Shown in pieces: positions 29,009 to 39,672 of a stretch of 64,000 nucleotides of DNA. The DNA comes from an uncultured delta proteobacterium (lineage in GTDB: Bacteria; Myxococcota_A; Polyangia; Fen-1088), in NCBI GenBank assembly GCA_963796685.1, contig CAWCMR010000008.1, forward strand, positions 736,001-800,000, in the 5' to 3' direction. A program made the position numbers and the translations under genes. The notes under the pieces are model-generated. The model worked only from the letters and a program-made list of their open reading frames with translations, was not told where the DNA came from and ran no database searches. The first letter of the stretch is position 1, and every line of letters starts with the position of its first letter.

Positions 29009-30823
29009 CTAGTTCGGCGTAAAGGCGTAGACTTGGTTGTTCGCGGCCACGAACACCCGACCGTTGGCGACGATGGGCGTTTCGAACTTTTGCACGGACG
29101 ACATGGTGTCAGTGCTTGTCCCACCCGCGAAGAGGGACTGCCCGGTTTCGCCGTCGAGACCGTAGAGCTTGTTGTCGCTGCCCACGATCCACACCACGGC
29201 ATCCGTTCCAGCGGCGTCCGTGGCGCTGACCGCGGGCGAATCCTGGGTCGTCGGACCTCCACACCAGGCCACGGAAGCGGTGGGAGGACTGGCAGCCGCG
29301 ATCTTGAACGCGACCAACCCGCCGGACTGGCCGCTTGGGCAGGATTTTCCCGAGCCTTTGAAAACCACGTAGGTTCCGCTGGGCGTGGTGTAGGCGGCGG
29401 AGGCGTTGATAATCAAGCCGGTCGCGACCGAGGCCAGCACGAGAGGACTGCCGATGCCGCCGAAATTGCCGTGGTCGAGCAGGTAGGCATTGCCGTCCTT
29501 GCCCAGGCCGACGACGAGGGACGAGGGCGTGGCACCCGGCACCTTGACGAGGATGGGCGCGGTCCCGCCGATGTCCGTATCCGCGTCGTCGAGCGCGGCC
29601 CAATTGGTGGGCGTAAAATAGTCCGCGTTCTGTCCGCTGAAGGAGAGCGACGGCGGCAAACGAAAGATGGTCTCGCCATCTTGCCAGGTCGGGGGCGCGG
29701 AAAAGGTGTTGGACTGGTTCTCCGTGTTGCCGGTGGCGAAGATCAGCGACTGGCCGTCCGAGGCAAGACCACCCGGTGCCCAGATACCGCCGGCGATGGC
29801 GCGACTGACCCAGGTGCCGACCTGGGTGGGGTCCGAGGTCGCGATGCCGACGATCCAACCGTGGTACACGCCGCAGTCTCCGACGTGTCCGCCGAAGGGA
29901 ACGAAGACCTTGCCACCGAGCAGGATGAGGGCGCCGCGCTGATTCTCCGCCAGCGAATCGAACGTGGTGGAACCGGACATGGCCGTGCTGTTCAGATCGA
30001 CCGGCCACCCCGATTCGATCGCGCCGGTGCCGGCATCCAGGGCAAAAACCTGATGCTGGGCGGTCGCGTTGGTGCTGGCGATGGTCATGGCGTCCAAGTA
30101 GATCGTGCGCGTGGCCGCGTCGATGACGGGCGTGCCGGTGATCCCGAGGGGATCGATGTTTCCACACCCGTTGCGAAGCGTGGCCAGGCGCGACTTGGGC
30201 AAGGGTGTGCCGAGGCTCTTGTCCCAAACCGCCTTGCCCCCGGTCGCGGCGTCGAAGGCGTAGACGTGATTTTGCTCGGTGGCGACGATGACCAGATCGG
30301 GACCACCGCCTGTGCCCGCGAGATAAAGAGGCTGGGCGTAGGTCGGTCCCGACACCGTGGCACTGGCAAAGGTCGTATCCACGTGCAGCTTCGCAATCGC
30401 GGCTTTGCCGAGGGCGGAATCCACATAGAATCCGTCTCGCGTGGCATCGTTGTGGTGCTGGAGGACAGACACGTGTCCGCTCGAGCCTCCGGTTCCCGAG
30501 CTGTCGGATTGTGCCATGTCCTCCGGGACATCTTGGCCGGCATTCGGCGCCTCGCGACCGGTTTCGGTTGCGCTGGGGCCGCTGTCCTTGCGTGGATTTC
30601 CGTCCGCCTGCCCGTTTGCCAAATCGGGTCCGATGGCGCTCAAATCGGGCCCCCCGGTCGGCGGATCCGGATCCCCCGTCGCATCCTGCAGGGTCGCGGC
30701 GGAGTCGGCACCGGCCTTCTGGGTATCCGCGATGCTCCCATCCACGAATTGCTTGGGGGCATTCGCCGAACGACAACCGCCGCCGGCGAGCACCATGGCC
30801 AAGAGCAAATGTGTACTGCGCAT
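29009..30823 (-). CDS. PQQ-like beta-propeller lipoprotein
   Basis: LAGGGC lipobox; linker; HNDATRDG, YAQPLY, GITGTPVID, GGIW, TPIVANGRVFVA. Confidence 0.8.
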   Translation of the reverse strand: MRSTHLLLAMVLAGGGCRSANAPKQFVDGSIADTQKAGADSAATLQDATGDPDPPTGGPDLSAIGPDLANGQADGNPRKDSGPSATETGREAPNAGQDVPEDMAQSDSSGTGGSSGHVSVLQHHNDATRDGFYVDSALGKAAIAKLHVDTTFASATVSGPTYAQPLYLAGTGGGPDLVIVATEQNHVYAFDAATGGKAVWDKSLGTPLPKSRLATLRNGCGNIDPLGITGTPVIDAATRTIYLDAMTIASTNATAQHQVFALDAGTGAIESGWPVDLNSTAMSGSTTFDSLAENQRGALILLGGKVFVPFGGHVGDCGVYHGWIVGIATSDPTQVGTWVSRAIAGGIWAPGGLASDGQSLIFATGNTENQSNTFSAPPTWQDGETIFRLPPSLSFSGQNADYFTPTNWAALDDADTDIGGTAPILVKVPGATPSSLVVGLGKDGNAYLLDHGNFGGIGSPLVLASVATGLIINASAAYTTPSGTYVVFKGSGKSCPSGQSGGLVAFKIAAASPPTASVAWCGGPTTQDSPAVSATDAAGTDAVVWIVGSDNKLYGLDGETGQSLFAGGTSTDTMSSVQKFETPIVANGRVFVAANNQVYAFTPN

Positions 30824-31023
30824 GAAGATCTCCCGGCAGCCGTCCAAAGCGGACTCCTGACGTCCGGCTTTGGGTGGGATGCTGGCATTGCGCTATTCGT
30901 CGCAAGGAATCCATCTAACGCACCGGCATGTAAACAACCCGTAACCAATGCCGGCCAGCGCAGAAAGTCTGAATCAACGGATCGCGGGGTGGCATCCAAG
31001 CGAGCCGAAGGAGAGACCCTAGC

Positions 31024-32281
31024 ATGAAGAAGAACATCATCGCTCGCGCGCCAGGTACCGTGTTACTGGCGTTGTTCGTTTCCGTGATGGCCGTGGCCTG
31101 CTCTGACAGCAGTAGCACGGGAAAAATGGATGGCGGCGGCAAGACCGACGTTGCCGGTTCGCCGGAGGTGGGCTTGGCGGATGCGCCGACCGCTGCCGAG
31201 CACCCTGCTGCCGATTCTCAGCCTGCCCGACGCACCGATCGTCGATGCGGGGGTGGCCGATGCCGCAGGCCAGGACGCCAGCATCGTCGACGCCCCGGCC
31301 GTGGACGCTGGCTTGGTGGACGCCGGCCCGGTAGACAGCGGCCAGACGGCCTTGGTGGCGCGCGGCAAGTACATGGTCGAGCACGTCGTTGCCTGCTCGG
31401 ACTGCCACACGCCCAAGCTGCCATCGGGTGCGCCTGACATGACCCACTTCTTGGCGGGCAACCCGACCTTCGTCCAGCTGCCGAATGGCGATGTCCTGCC
31501 CTCGCGCAACCTGACCCCGGACAAAGCCACCGGCCTAGGAAGCTTCACCGCCGCGCAGATCAAGCACATGTTCATGGACGGCATCATCCCCGCCGGCGAC
31601 GGCGGCACCGCGGCGCTCAACTCGGTCATGCCGTACTACGTGTTTCACAACATGGCGTCGGACGATGCCGATGCCATCGTGGCCTACCTCCAGTCGATTC
31701 CTGCCGTGGTCAACGACGTCGGCAAGCGCTCGGCTTCCTTCGATGTCCCGGCCCCGTCGGACTATCTCGATCCGGCGACGATCCCGACGCCGGCGACGAG
31801 CTACCCGCAAAGGGACAGCGCCCTGCGCGGACGCTATCTCGCCACCGAGAGCGGCCTGTGCATCGAGTGTCACACGCCCCACTTGCAAGGTGGAAGCAAG
31901 CCTCTCGATACCAGCAAGTTCTTCCAGGGCGGCGAGGACTTCAGCAGCTTCTTCGCGGGCACCCTCAACATCCACCCGGTGTCCGCCAACCTGACTTCCG
32001 ATCCGACGACGGGTCTCGGGAATTGGACGGCGGCGCAGATCGTGACCGTGCTCCACCAAGGCCTGGACGATCAAGGCACCGGCATCTGCCCGCCCATGCC
32101 CGTGGGCCCGAACGGTGCCTACGGCGGATTGACCGACCAGGACGCCTCGGATATCGCGAACTACATCAAGTCACTTCCTCCCGCGGTCAACGACGTGCCG
32201 GATATGTGCAGCTGGCCGCCGGCGCCGCCCGTGGACGGCGGTGGCATCGACGGCTCCATGGACAGTCCGACCTCCGGCTAG
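31024..32281 (+). CDS. Diheme cytochrome c lipoprotein, +1 frameshift near 31201
   Basis: AVAC lipobox; ARGKY..CSDCHTP, NLTPD..TGLG, RGRYL..CIECHTP, PPMP. Confidence 0.85.
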
Positions 32282-32386
32282 GTGGAAAGCCACCACCCGA
32301 CTCTCCCTGAAGGTCCCGCCCGCCGGGAGAGAACCGCCTCTCACTAGTTTGCGCATGCGGGCGAATTCGATGCTAGAGATCCGATC

Positions 32387-33799
32387 GTGAGCACAGAAAT
32401 CCTGAAAGTCGAAGTCGTGGTCATCGGCGCCGGCCCGGGCGGGTACGTGGCCGGCATCCGTCTCGGCCAACTGCGCAAGAAGGTCCTGGTGGTCGAGAAG
32501 ACCGCTCCGGGCGGCGTGTGCTTGAACGTGGGCTGCATTCCCTCGAAGGCACTCATCAACGCGTCCAAGCTGTACGAAAAGGCGAAACACGGCGCGGAGA
32601 TGGGTATCTTCTTCGACAACCCGCGCGTCGACCTCGGCCGCATGCAGAAATGGAAGGACACCGTGGTCGGCAAGCTGACCTCGGGCGTTCGTCAACTGCT
32701 CAAGGCCAACGGCTGCGACTACCGCGAGGGTACGGCGGCGCTGCTCTCGCCCCGCACCGTGCGCATCACCCGCCCGGGATCGACGGACGAAGTCCTGGTC
32801 GAAACCGAGCACGTGGTCATCGCCACGGGGTCGCGCCCGGTGGCCATTCCCAGCCTGCCCTTCGACGGCAAGCGCGTCGTGGATTCAACCGGTGCGCTGG
32901 CCTTCACCGACCTGCCCGCGCGCCTGGTGGTGGTGGGCGCCGGCTACATCGGCATGGAGATCGGGACCCTCTACGCCAAGCTCGGCAGCAAGGTCACCTT
33001 CGTCGAGGCTCTGCCCACCATGTTGCCCGGCAACGATCCCGAGTGCGTGCAAGTGGTCGCGCGCAAAGCGAAGAAGCTCGGGCTGGAGGTCATGCTTTCC
33101 GCGAAGGCCAAGGGCATGGTCGAAAAGGGCGACCGCGCGGTGCTGACCGTGGAGCGCGAGGGCGGCAGCGTGGAGATCGACGCCGACAAGATCCTGGTGG
33201 CGGTTGGCCGGCGGCCCAACATCGAGGACATCGGTCTGGAAATCGCGGGCGTGGGGACCGCGGGCGGATTCATCGCCGTCGATCGCCAGATGCGCACCAG
33301 CGTGCACAACATCTTCGCCATCGGCGACGTGGCGGGCCAGCCCATGTTGGCGCACAAGGGTTCGCGCGAAGCCGAGGTCGCGGCCGAGGTCATCGCCGAA
33401 AAAGCCGCCGAGATGGACGCGCAGGTCATCCCCGCGGTGGTCTTCACCGACCCGGAAATCGCCAGCGCGGGCCTGACCGCCGAGGAAGCGGAGAAGCGCG
33501 GCCACAAGGTCAAGGTGGGCAAGTTCCCCTTCACCGCCCTTGGCCGTGCCATCGCCAACCTGGACACCGACGGTTTCGCCAAGGTGGTCATGGATGCCGA
33601 CAGCGGGCAGCTTCTCGGTGTTCACGTGGTCGGGCAAGGCGCAGGCGATCTCATCAGCGAAGCCGCCCTGGCCATCGAGATGGGCGCCGCCGCGTCCGAC
33701 CTGGCCATGACCATTCACCCCCACCCCACCTTGCCCGAGGCCATCATGGAAGCGGCTAAGGCGGCGCTGGGCGAAGCCATCCACGTCCTCAACCGATAA
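32387..33799 (+). CDS. lpdA: Dihydrolipoamide dehydrogenase E3
   Basis: GAGPGGYVA, GGVCLNVGCIPSKA, HPHPTLPE. Confidence 0.96.
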   Translation: MSTEILKVEVVVIGAGPGGYVAGIRLGQLRKKVLVVEKTAPGGVCLNVGCIPSKALINASKLYEKAKHGAEMGIFFDNPRVDLGRMQKWKDTVVGKLTSGVRQLLKANGCDYREGTAALLSPRTVRITRPGSTDEVLVETEHVVIATGSRPVAIPSLPFDGKRVVDSTGALAFTDLPARLVVVGAGYIGMEIGTLYAKLGSKVTFVEALPTMLPGNDPECVQVVARKAKKLGLEVMLSAKAKGMVEKGDRAVLTVEREGGSVEIDADKILVAVGRRPNIEDIGLEIAGVGTAGGFIAVDRQMRTSVHNIFAIGDVAGQPMLAHKGSREAEVAAEVIAEKAAEMDAQVIPAVVFTDPEIASAGLTAEEAEKRGHKVKVGKFPFTALGRAIANLDTDGFAKVVMDADSGQLLGVHVVGQGAGDLISEAALAIEMGAAASDLAMTIHPHPTLPEAIMEAAKAALGEAIHVLNR

Positions 33800-33801
33800 C
33801 C

Positions 33802-34782
33802 ATGCGTATCCTGGTCACCGGCGGCGCCGGCTACATCGGTTCACACACCACCGCGCTGCTGCGCGCGCGGGGCGATTTCGTGGTCGTGTTCGACAGCTTG
33901 GAGCTGGGTTATCGCCAGGCCATAGGCGATGCGCCGCTCGTCGTGGGCAACACGCACGACAGCGGCCTGGTCCAACAAGTCATCCGCGAGCACAAGCTGG
34001 AAGCCGTCATCCATTTCGCCGCCTACAAGGCGGCGGGCGAGTCGATGACCCATCCCGCGAAGTACTTCGACAACAACGTGCAGGGCAGCCTGCAACTCAT
34101 GGAGGCAGCCTGCCAGGCCGGCGTGCGCCAGTTCGTGTTCTCATCGACGGCGGCCATCTATGGCACCCCCAGCACCTTGCCCGTGCGCGAAAGCGACGAG
34201 TTGCGGCCCGAGAACCCCTACGGGGAGAGCAAGCTCCTCGTCGAACGTATGCTGAGATGGTTCGACGCGTGCCACGGCCTGCGCAGCGTGATCTTGCGCT
34301 ACTTCAATGCCGCTGGCGCCGCGCTGGATGGGGAGAACGGCGAGGATCCGCGCCACGTCCAGAATCTGATCCCCGTGGTGATGAAGGTCGCCACGAAGCG
34401 CGCGCCCGCGCTGCGCGTGTTCGGAACCGACTACCCCACGCCCGATGGAACCGGCATCCGCGATTACATCCACGTGCTCGATCTGGCCGAAGCGCACGCG
34501 CGTGCCCTGGATTTCCTCGCCGCCGGCAACGTCTCGGAGATCTTCAACATCGGCACGGGTCAGGGGGCCTCGGTCCTCGAGGTTCTGAACCATGCCAAAC
34601 GCATCAGCGGCGTGGACATCGCCGCCGACTTCGTCGAGCGCCGGCCCGGCGATCCCGCCGCCGTCTACGCCGACAATCGCAAGGCGCGCGACGTCCTCGG
34701 TTGGCGGCCCCGCTACGGTCTCGAGGAAATCATCCAAACCGCCTGGCGCTGGCACCACGGCCATCCCGACGGCTTCAGATGA
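33802..34782 (+). CDS. galE: UDP-glucose 4-epimerase
   Basis: TGGAGYIGSH, HFAA, YGESK, LRYFN, DGT.IRDYIHV.DLA. Confidence 0.95.
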   Translation: MRILVTGGAGYIGSHTTALLRARGDFVVVFDSLELGYRQAIGDAPLVVGNTHDSGLVQQVIREHKLEAVIHFAAYKAAGESMTHPAKYFDNNVQGSLQLMEAACQAGVRQFVFSSTAAIYGTPSTLPVRESDELRPENPYGESKLLVERMLRWFDACHGLRSVILRYFNAAGAALDGENGEDPRHVQNLIPVVMKVATKRAPALRVFGTDYPTPDGTGIRDYIHVLDLAEAHARALDFLAAGNVSEIFNIGTGQGASVLEVLNHAKRISGVDIAADFVERRPGDPAAVYADNRKARDVLGWRPRYGLEEIIQTAWRWHHGHPDGFR

Positions 34783-34827
34783 TAATAGACTCGGGCGCTC
34801 CTCTTTAGCGCACGCTACACTTGCCCG

Positions 34828-35862
34828 GTGGCAAACCCGGCGGAATCCCATGACGTGGTCATCATCGGCGCGGGGCCCGGAGGCTTGTCTTGCGCCAAGC
34901 ACCTCGCGGGCTCGACCAAGAAGGTGCTGGTGCTGGAGAAGAGCGCGGGCCTCGGCGAAAAGATCTGTTCCGGGTTGATTTCGCCCAAGGCGTTCCCGGA
35001 CCTGCAGCGCGACCGCGGCGTGCCATGGACGGCGATCTCCGTCGCCACCACCCGATCGAAGAAGGCCGTCCAGTTCGCGCGCCCCTATTTGTGGACCATG
35101 GGCCGCAAGGACATCGAAGGCCGCCTTCTCCGGGACTGCACCGCCGATGTCCACTTTTCCGAGCCCGTGCGCAGGATCACGCGCGATTTCGTCGAAACCG
35201 ACAAGAGGTGCTACCGCTACAAACACCTGGTCGGCGCCGACGGCTCCCTGTCCAAGGTGCGCAAGTACCTCGGGTTGCCTTCCAAGCGCATCGTGGGTTG
35301 GGCCTTCCACTACATCCTGGATCGTCCCTGCGCCGAATTTCAAATGCACTGGGTTCCGCGCGAATTCAAGGGGGCCTACGGCTACATGATGCCGAAAAAC
35401 CAGCAGCAGACCATGGCCGGACTGGCCTGGGCCGGAGAATCCTTCGATGCCGAGGTCGCCGCGCGCGCGCGCACCTGGATCGCGCGCACCTTCGACATCG
35501 ACCCGGACAAGACGCCCCACGAAGCCATGAAGGGCAACGCCGACTACCGGGGTTGGCGCTTCGGCAACACCTACCTGGTCGGCGACGCCGGCGGCTTCCT
35601 GAATCCGGTCACCACCGAAGGTATCTGGTTCGCCATGCGCAGCGGCGAGGGCGTGGCCAAGTTCATCCTCGGCGATGCGGAAGGCGAGCGCATCTTGGCC
35701 AAGATGGTGGCCAACCACCGCAAGCAGGTACGCATCTTCAACCTGATGACCAACCGCAGACTGCCGCTGTGCTGGTTCATCGAATGGCTCTTTCGCAACC
35801 CGGAAAAGGGCCTGCGCCGCAGGATCTTCGACGGCGTCTTCTGGAATCTCATGGAAGGTTGA
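34828..35862 (+). CDS. Geranylgeranyl reductase-like FAD-dependent oxidoreductase
   Basis: IIGAGPGG, K.CSG, GADG..S.VR, VGDAGGF.NP.T.EGI. Confidence 0.8.
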   Translation: MANPAESHDVVIIGAGPGGLSCAKHLAGSTKKVLVLEKSAGLGEKICSGLISPKAFPDLQRDRGVPWTAISVATTRSKKAVQFARPYLWTMGRKDIEGRLLRDCTADVHFSEPVRRITRDFVETDKRCYRYKHLVGADGSLSKVRKYLGLPSKRIVGWAFHYILDRPCAEFQMHWVPREFKGAYGYMMPKNQQQTMAGLAWAGESFDAEVAARARTWIARTFDIDPDKTPHEAMKGNADYRGWRFGNTYLVGDAGGFLNPVTTEGIWFAMRSGEGVAKFILGDAEGERILAKMVANHRKQVRIFNLMTNRRLPLCWFIEWLFRNPEKGLRRRIFDGVFWNLMEG

Positions 35863-35918
35863 AGCGCGCATCGCGGCTCAAGAGACGCGGCGACAAGTCG
35901 ATGATAGGAGAGCACACG

Positions 35919-36260
35919 ATGACCCCACAGCGTGCCCAATCCGAACGGCGAATCTACCCTCGGCATCGCGTGCGCGTCGCGGTGCTTTGGCGCAACCGCC
36001 AGCAAGAGCTCATGCCCGGCGAAATCTGCGATGTCTCTGCGCAGGGTATCTTCGTGGTGTCCACGACCGCCCTTCCCGACGATGTCGGGACGGGCGATCT
36101 CACCCAGATCACCCTGCGAACCCAAGCCGGTGAAGAGACCCTGACCGGTATCGTGCGCTGGCGCGGCTACCACCCTTTGCATCAAGCCATCGGTTGCGGC
36201 ATCCGGCTCGACGAAGCCAGCATGGCCGTGGTGGCGCGCTTGTTCCCGGCTACTTCTTGA
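35919..36260 (+). CDS. PilZ domain protein
   Basis: RxxxR (RIYPR) and DxSxxG (DVSAQG); GIVRW..GCGIRL; AGGAG RBS. Confidence 0.85.
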   Translation: MTPQRAQSERRIYPRHRVRVAVLWRNRQQELMPGEICDVSAQGIFVVSTTALPDDVGTGDLTQITLRTQAGEETLTGIVRWRGYHPLHQAIGCGIRLDEASMAVVARLFPATS

Positions 36261-37140
36261 TCTCGAGCAGCTCGATGTCGAAGACCAGCATGCCGTGCGG
36301 CCGCCCGCCCGGGCCGGGCTCGTCGCCGTAGGCCAGCTTGCCCGGGATCCAGAAGCGGGTCTTCTCACCCTCGACCATGAGCTGCAAGCCCTCGGTCCAG
36401 CCCTTGATCACCCCCCCAAGCGGAAACTCCGCGGGCTGGCCACGCACCACCGAGCTGTCGAAGCGCTTGCCGTCGGTGGTCCAACCGGTGTAGTTCACCT
36501 TCACCACGCTGCTGGCGGTCGGGTGCACCTTGCCCTTGCCTTTGACAAGCACGCGATAGGCCAGGCCCGAGGCGGTCTTCTTGGCGTTCTTGGGCACCGC
36601 GGCCACGTCGGTGGGCACGGCCGGCGCCGGCGGTGCCTTGGTGATGCCGAGCAATTCCACGTCGAACACCAGGGTTCCCGACGGGCCTCCCGGACGACGC
36701 GGAGTATCACCGTAGGCCAGATTGGCCGGGATCCAGAAGCGACGCTTTTCGCCCTGAACCATGAGTTGCAAGCCCTCGGTCCAGCCCTTGATCACCCTGT
36801 CGAGCGGGAACTCCGCGGGCTGTCCGCGCACCACCGAGCTGTCGAACATCTTGCCGTCGGTCATCCAGCCCGTGTAATGCACCTTCACCATGTCCTCGGG
36901 GCCGGGATGGACGGTACCGGTGCCCTTTTGCAGGACCTTCGAGGCGAGACCCGAGGGGGTCTTCTCGGCATCGGCGGGGGCGGCCGCGACGTCCGCGGGC
37001 GCAGGCAGGCCCTTGGCGGCTTCCGGTGCCTTGACCACGGGCTTCGGGGGCGGCGGCGGGGTCGCCGGCTTTTCGGGTTCTTTCTTGCAAGACGAGCACA
37101 CGAGCATGGCCAGGAGCATGGCGGTGGAGATGTATCGCAT
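36250..37140 (-). CDS. FKBP-type peptidyl-prolyl isomerase lipoprotein, two FKBP domains
   Basis: CSSC lipobox; two FKBP motif sets; paralog of 5610-6800. Confidence 0.93.
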   Translation of the reverse strand: MRYISTAMLLAMLVCSSCKKEPEKPATPPPPPKPVVKAPEAAKGLPAPADVAAAPADAEKTPSGLASKVLQKGTGTVHPGPEDMVKVHYTGWMTDGKMFDSSVVRGQPAEFPLDRVIKGWTEGLQLMVQGEKRRFWIPANLAYGDTPRRPGGPSGTLVFDVELLGITKAPPAPAVPTDVAAVPKNAKKTASGLAYRVLVKGKGKVHPTASSVVKVNYTGWTTDGKRFDSSVVRGQPAEFPLGGVIKGWTEGLQLMVEGEKTRFWIPGKLAYGDEPGPGGRPHGMLVFDIELLEIKK

Positions 37141-37205
37141 GGGTGCAATCTCCGTCGGTTGCCGCCTCTCTGTCAACACCCAGTGCTATCGAGTACCCTT
37201 GCGCC

Positions 37206-39149
37206 ATGCCGCTCTTCCAGAAACCAGCGCGCACGGACGAGGAGAACGCGGCCAGCCGGCCGCTCGAGATCCCGCCCGTCGAAGTCGCGACGTTCGACGA
37301 GGAAACCTGGTACCGCCGTGCCTTTCGCGGCGAGCAAGCGCCCCAGCTCACGGTGCGCGCGGTGGTGCTGGGCTCGTTGCTCGGGTTCCTGCTCGCCTTC
37401 ACCAATCTCTATGTCGGGCTCAAGACCGGCTGGGGCCTGGGCGTAGCCATCACCGCGTGTATCGTCTCCTTCTCGCTATGGAACCTGTGCCTGCGCATGG
37501 GCCTGGCACGCTCGCCGCTCTCCATCTTGGAGAGCAACTGCATGCAGTCGACGGCCTCGGCCGCCGGCTATTCGACGGGCAGCACCATGGTGTCGGCCAC
37601 GCCCGCGCTGCTCATGCTCAGCGTGAGCACCGAGAACCCGACGGGACGCCACTTGCCCTGGCCGGTCTTGGCGGGGTGGACCTTCTTTCTCGCGCTGCTG
37701 GGCGTGGCCCTGGCCATCCCCATGAAGCGCAACATGATCAACCAGGAGAAGCTGCGCTTCCCCTCGGGCATCGCCGCCGCGGTCACCTTGCAGTCGCTCT
37801 ACAGCCAAGGCAAGGAAGCGGCGGCCAAGGGCCGGGCGCTGCTGGTCGCCGCGCTGGTCGCCGCAGTGCCGCCGATGGTCATGGATCTGCCGTTTCGCCG
37901 CCCCACGCGCGAGCGGCCATACAAAGGATTGCTTCCCGACACCTCCTCGCTCTTCGACTGGTTGCCGGTGCCCGGCAGAGATCCAAAGACCGGCGCCGCC
38001 TACCACGCCAGCGACTGGAACTTCGTGCTCGATAACAAGCTGGTCATGATCGCCGCTGGCGCGCTCACCGGGCCGCGTATCTGCTTCTCCATGGTCGCGG
38101 GTGGCTTGATCCTGATGTACTTGGTCGGGCCGGCCGCCGTCGCCAACGGTGCCGCGCAAAGCGCCGGCCGCGCCTGGCGGGACATCGGCATCTGGATCGG
38201 CGCGCCCATGATGATTTCGGCCGGCCTTCTCACCTTTTTCACCGAGTGGCGGACCATCGTGCGCGCCATGGGCGGCCTCGGGCGCACCAACAAGTCCGGC
38301 TACGCCACCGCGGAAGTGCCCGGTTCGTGGTTCTTCGGCCTCGGCCTCGTCGCCACCGTCGGCGTTCTCTTCATCGGACAAAGGCAATTCTCCATTCCTT
38401 GGCACCTGGGGTTCATCGCCGTGCTGCTGACCTTCTTCCTGTCGCTGGTTGCCTGTCGCGCCACCGGCGAATCCGACATCACGCCCATCGGGGCCATGGG
38501 CAAGGTCACCCAACTCGTGTACGGCGTGCTCATCCCGCAGAACGCCACCGCGAATCTGATGACCGCTTCCATCACCGCCAACGCGGCGGCGTCGAGCGCC
38601 GATTTGCTCACCGATCTCAAGTCCGGCTACCTCCTCGGGGCGCACCCGCGACGCCAGTTTCTCGCGCAGCTGATGGGCGTCTTCGCCGGCACTGTCGCGA
38701 GCGTGATCGGGTTTCGTCTCCTGGTTCCCGACACCAGCGTCTTCACCGGCTCGGGCGGAACGCCGCCGGCCTTCGCCGCGCCCGGCGCGCAGACATGGCT
38801 GGCCGTCGCGAGGCTATTCCAAGAAGGCATCGGCCATCTCCACAGCATGGCCCGACACGGAATCGTGTGGGGCATCCTCGCCGGTGCGGCTCTCGCGGCG
38901 CTGGAAACCGCCTTGCCCAAGCGCCGTCGCTGGCTGCCCTCGCCCATCGGGGTCGGTCTCGGCTTCATTCTGCCCTTCTTCAACCCGCTGTCGATGCTCC
39001 TCGGCGCCACCTTTGCCTGGCTGTGGTCGCGACACAACCACGCTCAAGCCGACCGTTACGTGGTGCCGGTCTCGTCCGGCATCATCGCCGGCGAGTCGAT
39101 TGTCAGCGTCGCGATCGCACTGGTGAACAACGTGCTGCTGCGCCGGTAG
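37206..39149 (+). CDS. OPT/YSL family oligopeptide transporter
   Basis: QLTVRA, NLYVGLKTG, E.N..QSTASA, L.FPSG.A.A, DLKSGYLLGA.PR.QF, SG.IAGES. Confidence 0.93.
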   Translation: MPLFQKPARTDEENAASRPLEIPPVEVATFDEETWYRRAFRGEQAPQLTVRAVVLGSLLGFLLAFTNLYVGLKTGWGLGVAITACIVSFSLWNLCLRMGLARSPLSILESNCMQSTASAAGYSTGSTMVSATPALLMLSVSTENPTGRHLPWPVLAGWTFFLALLGVALAIPMKRNMINQEKLRFPSGIAAAVTLQSLYSQGKEAAAKGRALLVAALVAAVPPMVMDLPFRRPTRERPYKGLLPDTSSLFDWLPVPGRDPKTGAAYHASDWNFVLDNKLVMIAAGALTGPRICFSMVAGGLILMYLVGPAAVANGAAQSAGRAWRDIGIWIGAPMMISAGLLTFFTEWRTIVRAMGGLGRTNKSGYATAEVPGSWFFGLGLVATVGVLFIGQRQFSIPWHLGFIAVLLTFFLSLVACRATGESDITPIGAMGKVTQLVYGVLIPQNATANLMTASITANAAASSADLLTDLKSGYLLGAHPRRQFLAQLMGVFAGTVASVIGFRLLVPDTSVFTGSGGTPPAFAAPGAQTWLAVARLFQEGIGHLHSMARHGIVWGILAGAALAALETALPKRRRWLPSPIGVGLGFILPFFNPLSMLLGATFAWLWSRHNHAQADRYVVPVSSGIIAGESIVSVAIALVNNVLLRR

Positions 39150-39158
39150 CCGTGGAGC

Positions 39159-39656
39159 CTACGCGCTGGCGGTGCGCTTGCCCATCTTCGAATCCAGGTA
39201 CCAGATGCCGCCCCCTTGCTCGCCCACCGCCTTCAGCTGATCCACGATCTGGCCGACGTTCGCTTCTTCCTCGACTTGCTCGGTCACGTACCACTGCAAG
39301 GTGATCTCGCTGGCGTAGTCCTTCTCGGTCCGCGACAGCTCGAAGAGGGCGCCGATTTTGACCGTGATGCTCTTCTCGTGCTCCAGGATCTTTTCGAACA
39401 CCTGGGTGACGGTGCCGAACTCGCAAGGGGGCGCGCTGATCGCGCCGAGCTTGAGCTTGCCGCCCCGGTCGAGCAGGAAGGTGACCAACTTCATGGCGTG
39501 CTTGGTTTCCTCCTGTGCTTGCACGCGCAACCAGTGGGCGAAACCGCGAAAGCTCCGCCCCTCGCAATGCGCGCTCATGGCCAGGTAAAGCTGGGCCGAG
39601 TACTGCTCCAGCGTGATTTGTGCGTTGAGTGCGTCCTGAATCTTCTTGTTGATCAT
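39159..39656 (-). CDS. ftnA: Ferritin (non-heme)
   Basis: LN.QI..E.YSA.LYLAM, EE..HAMK, HE..IT, LQWYV.EQVEEE. Confidence 0.93.
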   Translation of the reverse strand: MINKKIQDALNAQITLEQYSAQLYLAMSAHCEGRSFRGFAHWLRVQAQEETKHAMKLVTFLLDRGGKLKLGAISAPPCEFGTVTQVFEKILEHEKSITVKIGALFELSRTEKDYASEITLQWYVTEQVEEEANVGQIVDQLKAVGEQGGGIWYLDSKMGKRTASA

Positions 39657-39672
39657 AGCTTCTCCTGGTTGG

